Shown piece by piece: positions 1 through 8,147 of a DNA stretch of 29,676 bases. The stretch is from a virus (lineage: Duplodnaviria; Caudoviricetes). The notes beneath the pieces are model-generated. The model saw nothing but the letters and a program-made list of their open reading frames with translations, had not been told where the DNA came from and did not search any database. Positions within the stretch are counted from its first letter, which is position 1, and each line of letters begins with the position of its first letter. The stretch lies in IMG/VR virus record IMGVR_UViG_3300025803_000069, positions 1 through 29,676 of that record. One strand, 5' to 3'. A program made the position numbers and the translations under genes.

Positions 1-1
1 T

Positions 2-1294
2 GAGTTGCTTGCTGTCCGTGCTTGAGCCGGGTGCGTTACTGTTTTCATTACTGTGTGAGCCAACGTCACGGTTGCGAATGCTGTGCTCAATACAGAACGA
101 AGGGAGCGTGTCACCTGAGAACAAAAGGCGTCGAGTAGGATTTGTAATCGTACCATCGGAATTGACGTGTGGGCTACCAGTCAGTGTTGTACCGTTGAAT
201 CTGTAGGCAAAAATCGAATCTGTGTTGATGTGCTCAAATTGAAATGGGTCATCGACAAAAAGACGGACGCCACTGCTCAATGCTTCAATTGCAACAACGC
301 GTCTAAATTCACTGGTTTCTGTTTCTTCAAAGTGTTCAGAATCAGATGCAAGCGTGGATGTCGATGCAGGCGGCCAAAATTTGTCGTCAGATGCACCAGT
401 ATCAGGAGCGTCGTAACCGATGACTGGTACGCGTGTCGTATCACGGATGAGGATGTAGTCACCAATTGCAACTGCGTGAGAACCACTACCCGTGTTAAAA
501 TCCACGCTGTTGACATCCACATACGTTTGACCTACCGTGACCTTCGTCCCTGCTTTAATTACACCTGCTTGTGAATAACTTGCAACGGATGTGTGTGCAT
601 CAATCGCTTCTCGCCCAAGGCTGTAATACAACCATCGAGGATTGTTGAGTGGCATCTCCAACTGAGCACCTTGGTGGAACACACGCCCTGTTTGTTGGAT
701 TGCAGCCTGACGCCCCAAGCCAATAACGTGGTGTCGGTGCATCGTAACCTTTGTGTCAGGTAGTTTCATGTGTGATGCAAGACCAATGAACTGGTCAATT
801 TGTGAGAACTCACTTGACGACGCTGCACTATCGTTGTGAGCAAAGGTCGAACCACTAGCGAGTGTAGGCATACCTGTTGAGTGAATAAGCATAGCATCAC
901 CAGCAGCACTTACAATGCTAGTTGTAGTAAATCGTGGCACTACTTTCAATTTTGTAGCGTTGCTCTCAACGGTATGGTCAACAATTGTAAACACCTTATT
1001 TGTCATACCGTCAGAATAATGGTTGGTATAACCGCCTCCACCTGCTGTTTTGTGAAAACTAATCTTCTGACCAATGAGCATACCAACTGGGACTTTGAGA
1101 ATAGCCTTGCCATTTTCAAATATGGTGCTATGGTTACTGTGTCCCGTTTCGGTAAACGTGATTGTATTGAAGTCAGGTGTGCTTGAACTGAATGTCGTGT
1201 CAAAGTGACAAGGCTCACCATGCTCAATGAAGATACCAGTCTCGTGCCCCATAAGGACTTCCGAGACGTCTCCTTTGTATGCCTGACTTACCAT
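2..1294 (-). CDS. Probable major tail tube protein (partial, runs off the left edge; absent from the ORF track)
   Basis: Manual translation from ATG 1294 with SD GGTGA (1299-1303): MVSQAYKGDVSEVLMGHETG...DQFIGLASHMKLPDTKVTMHRHHVIGLGRQ...LEMPLNNPRWLYYSLGRE...LFSGDTLPSFCIEHSIRNRD. The read segments are in one frame that reaches the edge. The LPSFxIE and 'W.Y..LG' segments and the position right after a terminator-like gene fit siphovirus tail tube proteins. Confidence 0.7.
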   Translation of the reverse strand, partial: MVSQAYKGDVSEVLMGHETGIFIEHGEPCHFDTTFSSSTPDFNTITFTETGHSNHSTIFENGKAILKVPVGMLIGQKISFHKTAGGGGYTNHYSDGMTNKVFTIVDHTVESNATKLKVVPRFTTTSIVSAAGDAMLIHSTGMPTLASGSTFAHNDSAASSSEFSQIDQFIGLASHMKLPDTKVTMHRHHVIGLGRQAAIQQTGRVFHQGAQLEMPLNNPRWLYYSLGREAIDAHTSVASYSQAGVIKAGTKVTVGQTYVDVNSVDFNTGSGSHAVAIGDYILIRDTTRVPVIGYDAPDTGASDDKFWPPASTSTLASDSEHFEETETSEFRRVVAIEALSSGVRLFVDDPFQFEHINTDSIFAYRFNGTTLTGSPHVNSDGTITNPTRRLLFSGDTLPSFCIEHSIRNRDVGSHSNENSNAPGSSTDSKQL

Positions 1295-1302
1295 TGTATC
1301 AC

Positions 1303-1737
1303 CTATGCTATTGACTCAGCGAGAGTCACGACTTCTATTTGAAACGTATGCCTGAAAAGGCGCTTGGTACGGTCGCTGAGGTCGGTACGTGTCTTGAACA
1401 CCATGCGGTCGTAGTTGGTCGCATCGCCCTTGCGTGCAGCGTGGACGAGACGACGAATCTCGTTCTCAAGAAGTTGCAGGTGCGAACGGCTCTTGGCCGT
1501 GCGTACATCAACTGTGATGTTGACACGTGTTGTAACGAAGTTGTACAGCAAGTCAGGGACTTCTTCGTTGTGTGCTGTCTCGTACACGAGCACGAAGTCC
1601 GAACGCTGTAGGTCTTGACGCTTACCACGCTCAGGTGAGATTGTAGCAATGTCAGCGATGACAGGCTTGATGTTACCTGTGTTGGCTCGGTTCCAAGCCT
1701 CCAACTTTTCAATAACGACGTCGAGTGCTTCCTTCAT
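1303..1737 (-). CDS. Putative tail terminator / tail-completion protein
   Basis: About 144 aa (the ORF track starts at 1746; ATG 1737 follows GAGTGA). Alpha-beta pattern with VNITVDVRT and a terminal FQIEVV strand, located between the head-tail adaptor and the tail tube. Confidence 0.55.
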   Translation of the reverse strand: MKEALDVVIEKLEAWNRANTGNIKPVIADIATISPERGKRQDLQRSDFVLVYETAHNEEVPDLLYNFVTTRVNITVDVRTAKSRSHLQLLENEIRRLVHAARKGDATNYDRMVFKTRTDLSDRTKRLFRHTFQIEVVTLAESIA

Positions 1738-1742
1738 GTTCA

Positions 1743-3401
1743 TCACTCAAAGACAACTATCTCCTTGTATCTGTTCAAGATTGAGTTGGCTTCTTCTTTG
1801 AACATCTGAATCTTTTGTGCAAGCGGTACGTTCTGACTGCCCTCAGGGATGAGAACAGAACGGTCGTCAGCCATGAGCAGGTCGACAGCCACCATCTTTG
1901 TAGCAGCCTCTTCGATGGCCTTCTCCAAATATCGCTCGCCGTAAATGTAGGACACCTTGACAGCGTTGTGCTCAAAAAACGGGTATGAGTTGTTGAAGTA
2001 AATCATACCGATTTCGTAGTCAATCCACCAGTCTTTGAGACGGGCTTGGTCGCCGCCTGCGTCTGAAAACGCGCCGATGTCGGATTTGAATTGATGTTGA
2101 GTGATTGTATAGTTGGTTGCTTGAACAGGCTCAGTATTCATCCAGTGAACGTCAATCAACTGTGTTGAGTTCTTACTTGTATAACCAAATAACGCAGTTG
2201 TTTGTCCGTCAGCAACTGCAACTGCGACACCGTAGTCAGCAAAGGCGCTTGTGTCACCCGAAGCAACTGTCCATATCGCACCTGCACGAGCATACGTCAT
2301 CGTTCCTGTAACAGCCGTCGTCTGACTGATTGAAATGCCTGTTGTAGCGTCTGTAGCAATTGTAGCGGATTCGCCACCTTTGGTTTGACGCATGCTTGTA
2401 ATCTTCAATTTGCCGTTACCATAATCGGAATTGGCAGTTGCCAAAAATTCATTATTGACGTTGACAGACTGCGTGCCACCTGCTACGGGCAACGTGAATG
2501 CCGCACCATCGATGTCGTGTTCTTTTGTACCCCCTACCTGTGTCTCAGTCAGCGGTATAGCGCTGCGATTCGTGCGGTCTTCTTTGTTGATAAGGTCGGC
2601 AAGACTTTGTGCTGTTGATACTTTGTCGAAGCGGTCGTCCCAATTTGTAGTTCCCGTTCCTACAACCAACTGACCAAAGCCTCCGCCTCCGGGCGAAACG
2701 GCGATTCGTTTGCCACTCAATGCATTGTAGTCAGCGATTTCAACACGTGCCTCAGCACTGCATATCTCACGGTAGTCGTCGCCCTGCCACAGTTCAATGC
2801 GGAGCATCTGTTGCACGTTGCGGAACAACAGTGGCGTGCTACCGACGTAGTCGACGTAGTATCGTCGACGGTAGGGCTTGTAGGTATCGAAGTTGATGTA
2901 CTCAGCAATGACAAGGCTCGGACGCCATGCGTTGTGTGTGACGTTGTCGATGCGGTCTTGTATCTCTTTGATACGTTGCTCGACATGTGATTTTGTGACG
3001 CCTCGTGTCTTACCGTTGGTAAAGGAGGCAGTGTTTTGGACATAGCCGTTGTCCGCTGTTTCATACAAGCCGGGGTTGATTGATGATACACCATCCTCGT
3101 TTACTGTGAATGTAAGTTTTACACCGCTGGTAGTTGATGTTATGGCTGTGACTGTGACCTCTTGACCCATCGGGTCAGCGTCACTGTAAATAAGTAAAAT
3201 GTCGCTAACTGAAAAGCCGGTGTTTCTGTAGTCAGCACCAGTGACAAAGACTGCGTTTGCTTCCGCACTCGCTGACATCAGGACGGCTTCTTGCGGTCCG
3301 ATACCAAGCAAATCAGCGACTTTCTGTGCAGTCGTGTAAACGATTTCTTCGGGGTTGAGAGGGCGTGTTTCCGCTTCACCGGGTGAGAATACTACTGGCA
3401 T
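1743..3401 (-). CDS. Head-tail adaptor/connector (HK97 gp6 / SPP1 gp15-like) with large insertions
   Basis: 552 aa. Adaptor-like segments YTTAQKVADLLG, VEQRIKEIQDRIDNVT, WWIDYEIGMIYF and VKVSYIYG..AIEEAATKMVAVDLL are separated by Thr/Gly/Ala-rich beta-type inserts. Confidence 0.65.
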   Translation of the reverse strand: MPVVFSPGEAETRPLNPEEIVYTTAQKVADLLGIGPQEAVLMSASAEANAVFVTGADYRNTGFSVSDILLIYSDADPMGQEVTVTAITSTTSGVKLTFTVNEDGVSSINPGLYETADNGYVQNTASFTNGKTRGVTKSHVEQRIKEIQDRIDNVTHNAWRPSLVIAEYINFDTYKPYRRRYYVDYVGSTPLLFRNVQQMLRIELWQGDDYREICSAEARVEIADYNALSGKRIAVSPGGGGFGQLVVGTGTTNWDDRFDKVSTAQSLADLINKEDRTNRSAIPLTETQVGGTKEHDIDGAAFTLPVAGGTQSVNVNNEFLATANSDYGNGKLKITSMRQTKGGESATIATDATTGISISQTTAVTGTMTYARAGAIWTVASGDTSAFADYGVAVAVADGQTTALFGYTSKNSTQLIDVHWMNTEPVQATNYTITQHQFKSDIGAFSDAGGDQARLKDWWIDYEIGMIYFNNSYPFFEHNAVKVSYIYGERYLEKAIEEAATKMVAVDLLMADDRSVLIPEGSQNVPLAQKIQMFKEEANSILNRYKEIVVFE

Positions 3402-3436
3402 GCGTCATCCCCTCATCTCCCACAGAGAGTTCTCCG

Positions 3437-5254
3437 TCATAGACCTTGCCACCAAAGACGGTTTTGAACCGACTTCATGAGCACGTCTCCAATGTACATC
3501 GGGAATCCTGTTTGAACATCATCATCATCTCGTGCAGCCATTGCTGCTTCAAAGTCAGCGAGCATCTGTGCCTTCTGTTCCTCAGTCATACCCATACCAC
3601 CCATTGCCATGTTTGCTTTTTCTTCCGCTGTGGGCCGTGAACGACCTACAGCACTTGGGTCCATCCCAAGGTCAGGTGTCTGCCCGGTAGGGTCGATTGG
3701 TTTCTCAGATTCGACAAAGTCCATACGTGGACCATCGAGCGTTTCGATTTGCACGTAATCTCCTTGCTTACGACCAAGCCCTCTATCTGAGGCTCGTGGT
3801 GCACGTTCAGGCGGTGCGCCTCCCTTGATTTGGGATTCAACCATACGTCGTTGGTCACGAATTTCTGAGAGTCTTCGTCGTAGTGAAGGGTTGGTTTCAG
3901 CCATGTCTGCTAATGCGTTTTCTTGAGCGATGAGTTTGGTAAACTGTGCTCGCAGGTTAGCCATGTTGCGCTGCTGTAGTGCTTCGTCTGTACCTGACGT
4001 CACGTTCATCGCTGCTCGCTCAACAAGTTCAGATGGACTCATTTGAAACGCAGCAGTGCCCTGTTGCTGTTGCAACTGCTCGACAGCGTTGCGTAGTCGC
4101 TGCTCGTCATCAGGACTCATACCCTGACGCTGTGCAGTCATGTCAATCAAGTTCGACAATTTTTCTTCGTCTGAGATACCCGTGACTTCCGTGTCCGAAG
4201 GGTCAACTCGTTGCTTGAAACCGGGGTCTTGCGTAACGTCTCGACCTTCGCCGAGAATACGTCGAATAAATTCTTCTTCGCTTACAGTGTCGCCTTCTAT
4301 GCCAGTCATACTGGCACTGCCACCTGTCTTGCCTTGGGATGTTTCATAGCCTGCTCCACCAAGTTGAAGCCCCATACGATTCATGTGGTTCATGATGTTA
4401 CGACCCAGTTGTTGCTTGTCGTTTGCATGCAATTCGCCAAACCGACGAATTAATTCATTACGAACTCCTTGTGGGTCGTCTCCTTGACGATTCGGTTGTA
4501 CGTTACCGTAATCTTGACCCAAAATTTGTGTTTGAAATGCATTAGGGTCCTTTGACATCATTGAGTTCAGATACGACTCAAGCGTCTTTGCTTCTTTCGG
4601 TCCTTTCCTTTTACTACCCATGTATGGGTTTTGACCAGTATCGTCAACGACTCTCGTCTCACCACCGAATCCGACGATGCCTCCTTCGCCTGCTTCGGTC
4701 GCTATGTCTTTCTCACGACGGCCTGTTCGACTACGGAATTTCTTACCACGTGTATCTTCGATGTCAAAGGTAGCACGCTTAGCACCAATACCCCGTCCGA
4801 GTGAAGCACCACGGTCTTTGTCATCGCTCACACGCTTACCTTCACGTGAAGGCGGAGGGGCTTTGCCTTCTGATGTGTCAGTCAGTTGGTAAGCCTCAGC
4901 AAGAGCCTGTGCACGTGCAGGGGTGTTACCCTGTGCGATGGCTCGGTCGTAAATCTCTTGGCGCTTTTGTTTCATCGCCTCAGATTCTTCTGAGCCTACT
5001 ACTGTCTTACCAGCAAGGTCTTCCTCTTTGACTCCCCTTAACTTGGCACCTGTTCTGCCAGTTGTCGGTGCTTCGACGGGAACGTCACGGAGTTCCTCAG
5101 CAGTTCGCTTTTCGCCTTCGGGCTTCTCAGTACGACGCTTGACTGCGTCTTTGATTTCGCCGCCCTTTCCGCCGCTTAGTGCAGCGTCCAGTTTGTCCAT
5201 GAGGTTTTTACGTGAATCGTCATCACCGGGCGCTTTTCGTACTGCTATTCGCAT
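3437..5254 (-). CDS. Large hydrophilic hypothetical protein, possibly an internal virion protein
   Basis: Long ORF (track 3437..5302). SD GGAGGA at 5261-5266 favours ATG 5254 (MRIAVRKA) or 5260. Rich in G/E/R/Q with no recognisable domain; C-terminal TGFPMYIGDVLMKS motif. Confidence 0.7.
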   Translation of the reverse strand: MRIAVRKAPGDDDSRKNLMDKLDAALSGGKGGEIKDAVKRRTEKPEGEKRTAEELRDVPVEAPTTGRTGAKLRGVKEEDLAGKTVVGSEESEAMKQKRQEIYDRAIAQGNTPARAQALAEAYQLTDTSEGKAPPPSREGKRVSDDKDRGASLGRGIGAKRATFDIEDTRGKKFRSRTGRREKDIATEAGEGGIVGFGGETRVVDDTGQNPYMGSKRKGPKEAKTLESYLNSMMSKDPNAFQTQILGQDYGNVQPNRQGDDPQGVRNELIRRFGELHANDKQQLGRNIMNHMNRMGLQLGGAGYETSQGKTGGSASMTGIEGDTVSEEEFIRRILGEGRDVTQDPGFKQRVDPSDTEVTGISDEEKLSNLIDMTAQRQGMSPDDEQRLRNAVEQLQQQQGTAAFQMSPSELVERAAMNVTSGTDEALQQRNMANLRAQFTKLIAQENALADMAETNPSLRRRLSEIRDQRRMVESQIKGGAPPERAPRASDRGLGRKQGDYVQIETLDGPRMDFVESEKPIDPTGQTPDLGMDPSAVGRSRPTAEEKANMAMGGMGMTEEQKAQMLADFEAAMAARDDDDVQTGFPMYIGDVLMKSVQNRLWWQGL

Positions 5255-5256
5255 GT

Positions 5257-5538
5257 TCATTCCTCCTTTGTTCCCAAATTGAAGTCCATCTTTGTTCCGC
5301 ACGTTCGACAGTTGTCAACCCAACAGAAGTAAAGCATACCACACGATTTGCACCGTGTGCCTGAGCCGATGTTCAGAACGTCGCCTGTCTTTCGGTTGCG
5401 TATGCGTTGTTTACTGACTACGCCCTCAAGAGGTTTCTCTTGATTGAAGACGCTACCTGCCCCGTAGGACTCGGCCAGTCGTACGCCACGCTTCTCAAGT
5501 CGCTCGATTTCGTCGAGTCCGAGTGTTGCTGCATCCAT
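5257..5538 (-). CDS. Small zinc-ribbon protein
   Basis: ATG 5538 after GGTGA (5543-5547). CKSCG...CRTCG is a CxxC-x10-CxxC motif. Confidence 0.7.
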   Translation of the reverse strand: MDAATLGLDEIERLEKRGVRLAESYGAGSVFNQEKPLEGVVSKQRIRNRKTGDVLNIGSGTRCKSCGMLYFCWVDNCRTCGTKMDFNLGTKEE

Positions 5539-5548
5539 CGTATCACCC

Positions 5549-5725
5549 TCAGTTCGTGGTGACAATCAGAAAAATGTTTCCCAAGATGGTGATGGGTTCA
5601 GCACCTACAATGGTGTTTGAACCTGCTGCCGCTGCCACGTCGGTCGTCAGGGTAGTCGACATTGTCGACGTGTCCTGAAAGTCTCGTGGTGCGTATGGTC
5701 CTACGACTTTGGTCGTCTTTGCCAT
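5549..5725 (-). CDS. 58-aa hypothetical protein (below the ORF-track cut-off), possibly structural
   Basis: MAKTTKVVGPYAPRDFQDTSTMSTTLTTDVAAAAGSNTIVGAEPITILGNIFLIVTTN*. Strong SD GAGGTGA at 5732-5738; the ORF fills the gap between its neighbours. Confidence 0.75.
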   Translation of the reverse strand: MAKTTKVVGPYAPRDFQDTSTMSTTLTTDVAAAAGSNTIVGAEPITILGNIFLIVTTN

Positions 5726-5736
5726 GAGGGTTCACC

Positions 5737-6060
5737 TCAAGAGCGACGACCAATTGCGAGGAAACTTCCCGGTTGCACGTTGTCTTGGTCAGACGCTTGC
5801 CTAACTGTTATTGTAGTCCTTGCTGTGTCCAAAGAGCCTACATCGAGCAAATTGGTGATGTGTTCAGCAGCACCGTCGGTGGCATCGGCTGAGTCCACTT
5901 CTTGTATTACTGATGCATTAGGGTTAACCACAAATGCGTCGATTCTTGAGAAAAAACTTGTTAAGTCTATAGTCTCGGTTGCGGCTCCACCTGTGTATGT
6001 GCCTGTTACTACCATTCGGTCTCCAAAGTATGTTGGTCGTGGGTCAATTGTTACTGTCAT
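5737..6060 (-). CDS. Putative virion structural protein (capsid decoration-like, beta-rich)
   Basis: 107 aa, Thr/Val/Asp-rich, in the post-capsid cluster; TAATG overlap with the upstream gene. Confidence 0.6.
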   Translation of the reverse strand: MTVTIDPRPTYFGDRMVVTGTYTGGAATETIDLTSFFSRIDAFVVNPNASVIQEVDSADATDGAAEHITNLLDVGSLDTARTTITVRQASDQDNVQPGSFLAIGRRS

Positions 6061-6458
6061 TATTGTTCATCTCCTGTTGTTTCTGTTTCTTCTGCCACTG
6101 GTTTTTCGACCGCTGGTTCTTCGACGACTGGCTCAGGTGCTGGAGGGTTGAGGATTAGGTCAACCATGCCCAGTAGTTTGGACTTGGTCGCATATCCACC
6201 AACTGTTTCTCCACGCTCCTCAAGCCATGCGCTGATGTCCTTCTTAGTCCAACCTGAGTCGGGAATTCCATCGTCACCTGCGTCGACTGTGATACCTGCA
6301 TCTCCTTCGACCTTCCACCACTTAGGGGATAGTCGATTGCGGTACGCATCGAGCCACTCTTGCGAGACTTCCATAGGGACGTTTCGCTCAGCGTAGGTTC
6401 GGCGCATACCGGGAACTGTACGTGTATGGTACGGTCCCAGTGAAGTTATTGTAGGCAA
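6060..6458 (-). CDS. Protein with a HeH/SAP/LEM-like helix-extension-helix motif and an acidic tail
   Basis: TTG start at 6458 after SD GAGGTG (6466-6471). WTKKDISAWLEERGETVGGYATKSKLLGMV resembles the HeH-type modules often encoded after phage capsid genes. Confidence 0.6.
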   Translation of the reverse strand: MPTITSLGPYHTRTVPGMRRTYAERNVPMEVSQEWLDAYRNRLSPKWWKVEGDAGITVDAGDDGIPDSGWTKKDISAWLEERGETVGGYATKSKLLGMVDLILNPPAPEPVVEEPAVEKPVAEETETTGDEQ

Positions 6459-6469
6459 GAAGAAACACC

Positions 6470-6919
6470 TCAAGCCACAATCATCCAGCAAGTTACTGTG
6501 GTGTGACTTGTTCCAGTCACGGTAAACTGTGCTGCGTTCACGGTGTTGCCGTCTGAGTTTGTTGCAGTTGTTGTACCGATTGCATTCTTCATACTAACTG
6601 CGGCACTTTCTGTAACGTTGTCTCCAACGATTACTGCCAAAATTTTCGACGCATTGCCGCCAACGACCAATTTTTCATCGTTGGCTAGTGCTGTGGTAAA
6701 TCGTCCACAAACTAACTTGATGCCTGCTGTTGCGTTTCCATCACTGTTGCTTGCTTGAAATCCAGTCAAAGAGCCGGGGTATGTACCTCCGAAACCTTTC
6801 AACCATTCAGTATCGCCCGTAGGTGAACCTGCATACAAGTCGAGTGCAAAGTCTTCTGTGTAAACTGCACTTGAACTCGATGTGTAAACTATTCCGCTTG
6901 TTCCTGTTGTTGCTGTCAT
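6470..6919 (-). CDS. Putative capsid-associated (decoration/fibre) protein
   Basis: About 149 aa, Thr/Gly/Ser/Ala-rich, directly downstream of the major capsid gene; SD GGAG(ATGA) upstream of ATG 6919. Confidence 0.6.
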   Translation of the reverse strand: MTATTGTSGIVYTSSSSAVYTEDFALDLYAGSPTGDTEWLKGFGGTYPGSLTGFQASNSDGNATAGIKLVCGRFTTALANDEKLVVGGNASKILAVIVGDNVTESAAVSMKNAIGTTTATNSDGNTVNAAQFTVTGTSHTTVTCWMIVA

Positions 6920-6956
6920 ATTTTTCATCTCCTGTGTGTGTTATCTCCATCAAACC

Positions 6957-8132
6957 TCAAGACAAGTCTCGGATTGAACCGTGGCCTCCAAAGAAAGTTG
7001 TCCAAATTTCACCCATGGTTCGGTAAAGTCCTTCTTGACCGAGGCGGTTGATGGCGAATGGGTCTCCAGTTTCGATACCTGACTCAAAGTATTGAGTTGG
7101 TTTTGCGACACTAAAGTGTAGGTAGTCAGTGTCCAAGAAGTACATACGGCTGATGCCGTCCTTTGTAACGTCCTTGGATGGAATGATTGGGACACCGTTG
7201 TATGTAGCGACGATGAAACCTGCTTCAACACCGGGTACACCCTTGACACCGTTGAAGGTAGGGGTGACACGCTTCTCTTCCATGAATCGCTGTTGCGCTT
7301 GGAGGAGTTGTTGGATTCGCATCAAAGTGTCATATCCAGTGAGGATGACCTTTGGATTTCCACCACGTACCCAAATCTTTTGGAAGATGTCGTCGAGGTG
7401 GTCAAGGCTGAGTACACGCTCAGTCAAGCCTGCATCGGTTGCGACGTTGACCTCAGCGTTGGACCAAGTGTTTGCATCTCGGTCAATGCTGTAAATGTCG
7501 AGGTCAGAAGCAGCGCTAACGTGTGCGGTGTTTGTAGTCTGAGAGCCTGCTGCGACTGGACCAGTACCAGTACTGTCCATTGTGCTTGAAGCGGTGACAC
7601 GGTCGAGGGACTCGTAGTCGTTGCCAGCAGGTGTGTCGACGTCTTGGAGGAGCATCTTGTTGATTTCCTCAGCGTGGTGCTTACCCATTTCTTCCTTGAG
7701 AACACTGCGAATGTCACCAAGACCGTCGTCCTTGTCGTTAAGGAAGATTGCAACTTCGCTCATGTCGAAGGTGTGTGCAATGGTCTTAGGCTTTGCAGCG
7801 ATGTGCTGGAAGACAGGTTTGGTGGTTTCCGGTAGTGTACCGTTCTCCGCAATACCTCCGCCCTTAGCGGAATCAGGTCGTGCGGTTACGACACGCCATC
7901 CACTTCGGTCCCAAGGCTTCTTAGGAAGGATGGAGAATGCGTTGAATTCTTGGTTCAACTGGCTCCAAACCTTTCGTCCGTAAATTGCTTGGTATGTACC
8001 AGCAGTTGTGGACAATAGTGGTGCGTCTGCTTTCAAAAGTTCACTGCCTGAATAGTGGAAGCCCATGTTTGAGCCTGCACCATAGTAGTAGCGTTCCATG
8101 TCGGTTACTGTTCTTAGATAGTTTCTTGCCAT
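6957..8132 (-). CDS. Major capsid protein (HK97 fold)
   Basis: 391 aa immediately after the protease/scaffold gene. HK97-like segments GGIAENGTLPET..PVFQHIAAKPKTIAHTFDMSE, HAEEINKMLL, GNPKVILTG, TYNGVPIIPS and MYFLDTDYL. SD GGAGTGA. Confidence 0.9.
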   Translation of the reverse strand: MARNYLRTVTDMERYYYGAGSNMGFHYSGSELLKADAPLLSTTAGTYQAIYGRKVWSQLNQEFNAFSILPKKPWDRSGWRVVTARPDSAKGGGIAENGTLPETTKPVFQHIAAKPKTIAHTFDMSEVAIFLNDKDDGLGDIRSVLKEEMGKHHAEEINKMLLQDVDTPAGNDYESLDRVTASSTMDSTGTGPVAAGSQTTNTAHVSAASDLDIYSIDRDANTWSNAEVNVATDAGLTERVLSLDHLDDIFQKIWVRGGNPKVILTGYDTLMRIQQLLQAQQRFMEEKRVTPTFNGVKGVPGVEAGFIVATYNGVPIIPSKDVTKDGISRMYFLDTDYLHFSVAKPTQYFESGIETGDPFAINRLGQEGLYRTMGEIWTTFFGGHGSIRDLS

Positions 8133-8147
8133 TCTTAATCACTCCAT

